A DNA stretch of 47,318 nt from a virus (Duplodnaviria > Heunggongvirae > Uroviricota > Caudoviricetes): IMG/VR virus record IMGVR_UViG_2675903417_000001, positions 1 through 47,318 of that record; one strand, 5' to 3'. The notes under the pieces are model-generated. The model was not told the DNA's origin and made no database searches. It saw only the letters and a program-made list of their open reading frames with translations. This document shows, in pieces, positions 46,788-47,318 of this stretch; the stretch's first letter is position 1, and each line of letters begins with the position of its first letter. The translations under genes and the position numbers were made by a program.

Positions 46788-46900
46788 CGCATGAGTGCAT
46801 GTCTATAGCGCATGAAAACGCATGAACCTTATGCACCATTTTTGACGAGAAAGCCCTTGTGTGGTGGCTTCTGAGACGATTTATGAGGTGCATGAAAACC
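46788..46900. repeat. cluster of GCATGA(A) direct repeats
   Basis: GCGCATGAG, TGCATG, GCGCATGAAAAC, GCATGAACC, ATGCACC and GTGCATGAAAACC within ~115 bp of non-coding DNA. Confidence 0.3.
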
Positions 46901-47198
46901 AGTCTGTTAAGCGAAGCGGGCAGGCGTGCGGGGCTGTTCGCATCAACATAAAAATAACGGGCTGATATAGTTATAAAATCAAATGAACTCTTTTAGTACG
47001 ACATGGGTATGTGCGCCAGTAGCAACGTCAGCCCCCAAGCTTTCTATTGTTCTTTTCTGTTGTACCATCAATACGTACCGATTAGCTCCTAAGCATCAAT
47101 ATCAGTTTGAACGTATTGCTTTGAACTAATTTTTAGATGATTTTTTTCATTAAAAAATTATAATGTTGTAGATAAAAAGAGAATCTTATAGAGGCGTT

Positions 47199-47318
47199 AT
47201 GTCAAATAAAGTTGATGTTTTTTTGAGCCGAGTTAGCCATGTATCACAGTTTGTATTGGTGGCATTTGCTATTTTTGGATATTTTTATACAGTAAGACCA
47301 ATTTACCAAAAGGAACTT
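47199..47318 (+). CDS. 5' end of an AT-rich ORF running out of the window (hydrophobic N-terminus)
   Basis: ATG 47199 with GAGG upstream; 'MSNKVDVFLSRVSHVSQFVLVAFAIFGYFYTVRPIYQKEL' open to window end. Confidence 0.3.
   Translation, partial: MSNKVDVFLSRVSHVSQFVLVAFAIFGYFYTVRPIYQKEL

Larger units (their letters stand above)
37787..47318. mobile_element. P4-like satellite phage / integrative element (continues past window end)
   Basis: P4-type integrase preceded by tRNA-3'-end-like core, then cargo gene, AlpA, Icd-like, zinc-ribbon/TOPRIM primase, iteron cluster, sid-psu-delta late genes, all on plus strand. Confidence 0.75.

Overview
The window is a mosaic of two tandem mobile elements in an enterobacterial chromosome; all protein assignments are by-eye motif and synteny recognition, not computed searches. 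(1) About 1-37,470: a P22/Sf6-type lambdoid prophage. Late and structural genes are on the minus strand in canonical P22 order: tailspike with P22-type head-binding domain, mnt, three ejection proteins, gp14, needle gp26, gp10, gp4, coat, scaffold, portal, TerL, TerS, rha, a lambda-like S-R-Rz/Rz1 lysis cassette, Q with pR' and terminators, the nin region (ninH, rusA, DUF1364, antirepressor, ninE, ninB), ren, a DnaC-like loader, O with internal ori iterons, a T5orf172-domain gene, cII and cro. The plus strand carries cI, a low-GC two-gene accessory cassette, pL/nutL, an N-like antiterminator and an early-left operon (Rad52-like annealase, SSB, DEDDh exonuclease, small DPPH methyltransferase, Ea22/DUF551). 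(2) About 37,790 to the window end and beyond: a P4-like satellite or integrative element with a P4-type tyrosine integrase, an AT-rich cargo gene, alpA, RHH and Icd-like genes, a zinc-ribbon/TOPRIM primase, an iteron ori, a TGT-N12-ACA late promoter and sid-psu-delta. The junction between the two carries fragments resembling the 3' end of a tRNA gene. The best candidates for an undescribed system are the coupled gene pair 29259-30667 in the cI-pL slot (first gene has a nucleotidyltransferase motif) and the AT-rich cargo gene 39290-40171 next to the satellite integrase; a coupled small-gene chain at 17866-18766 is a weaker third candidate.
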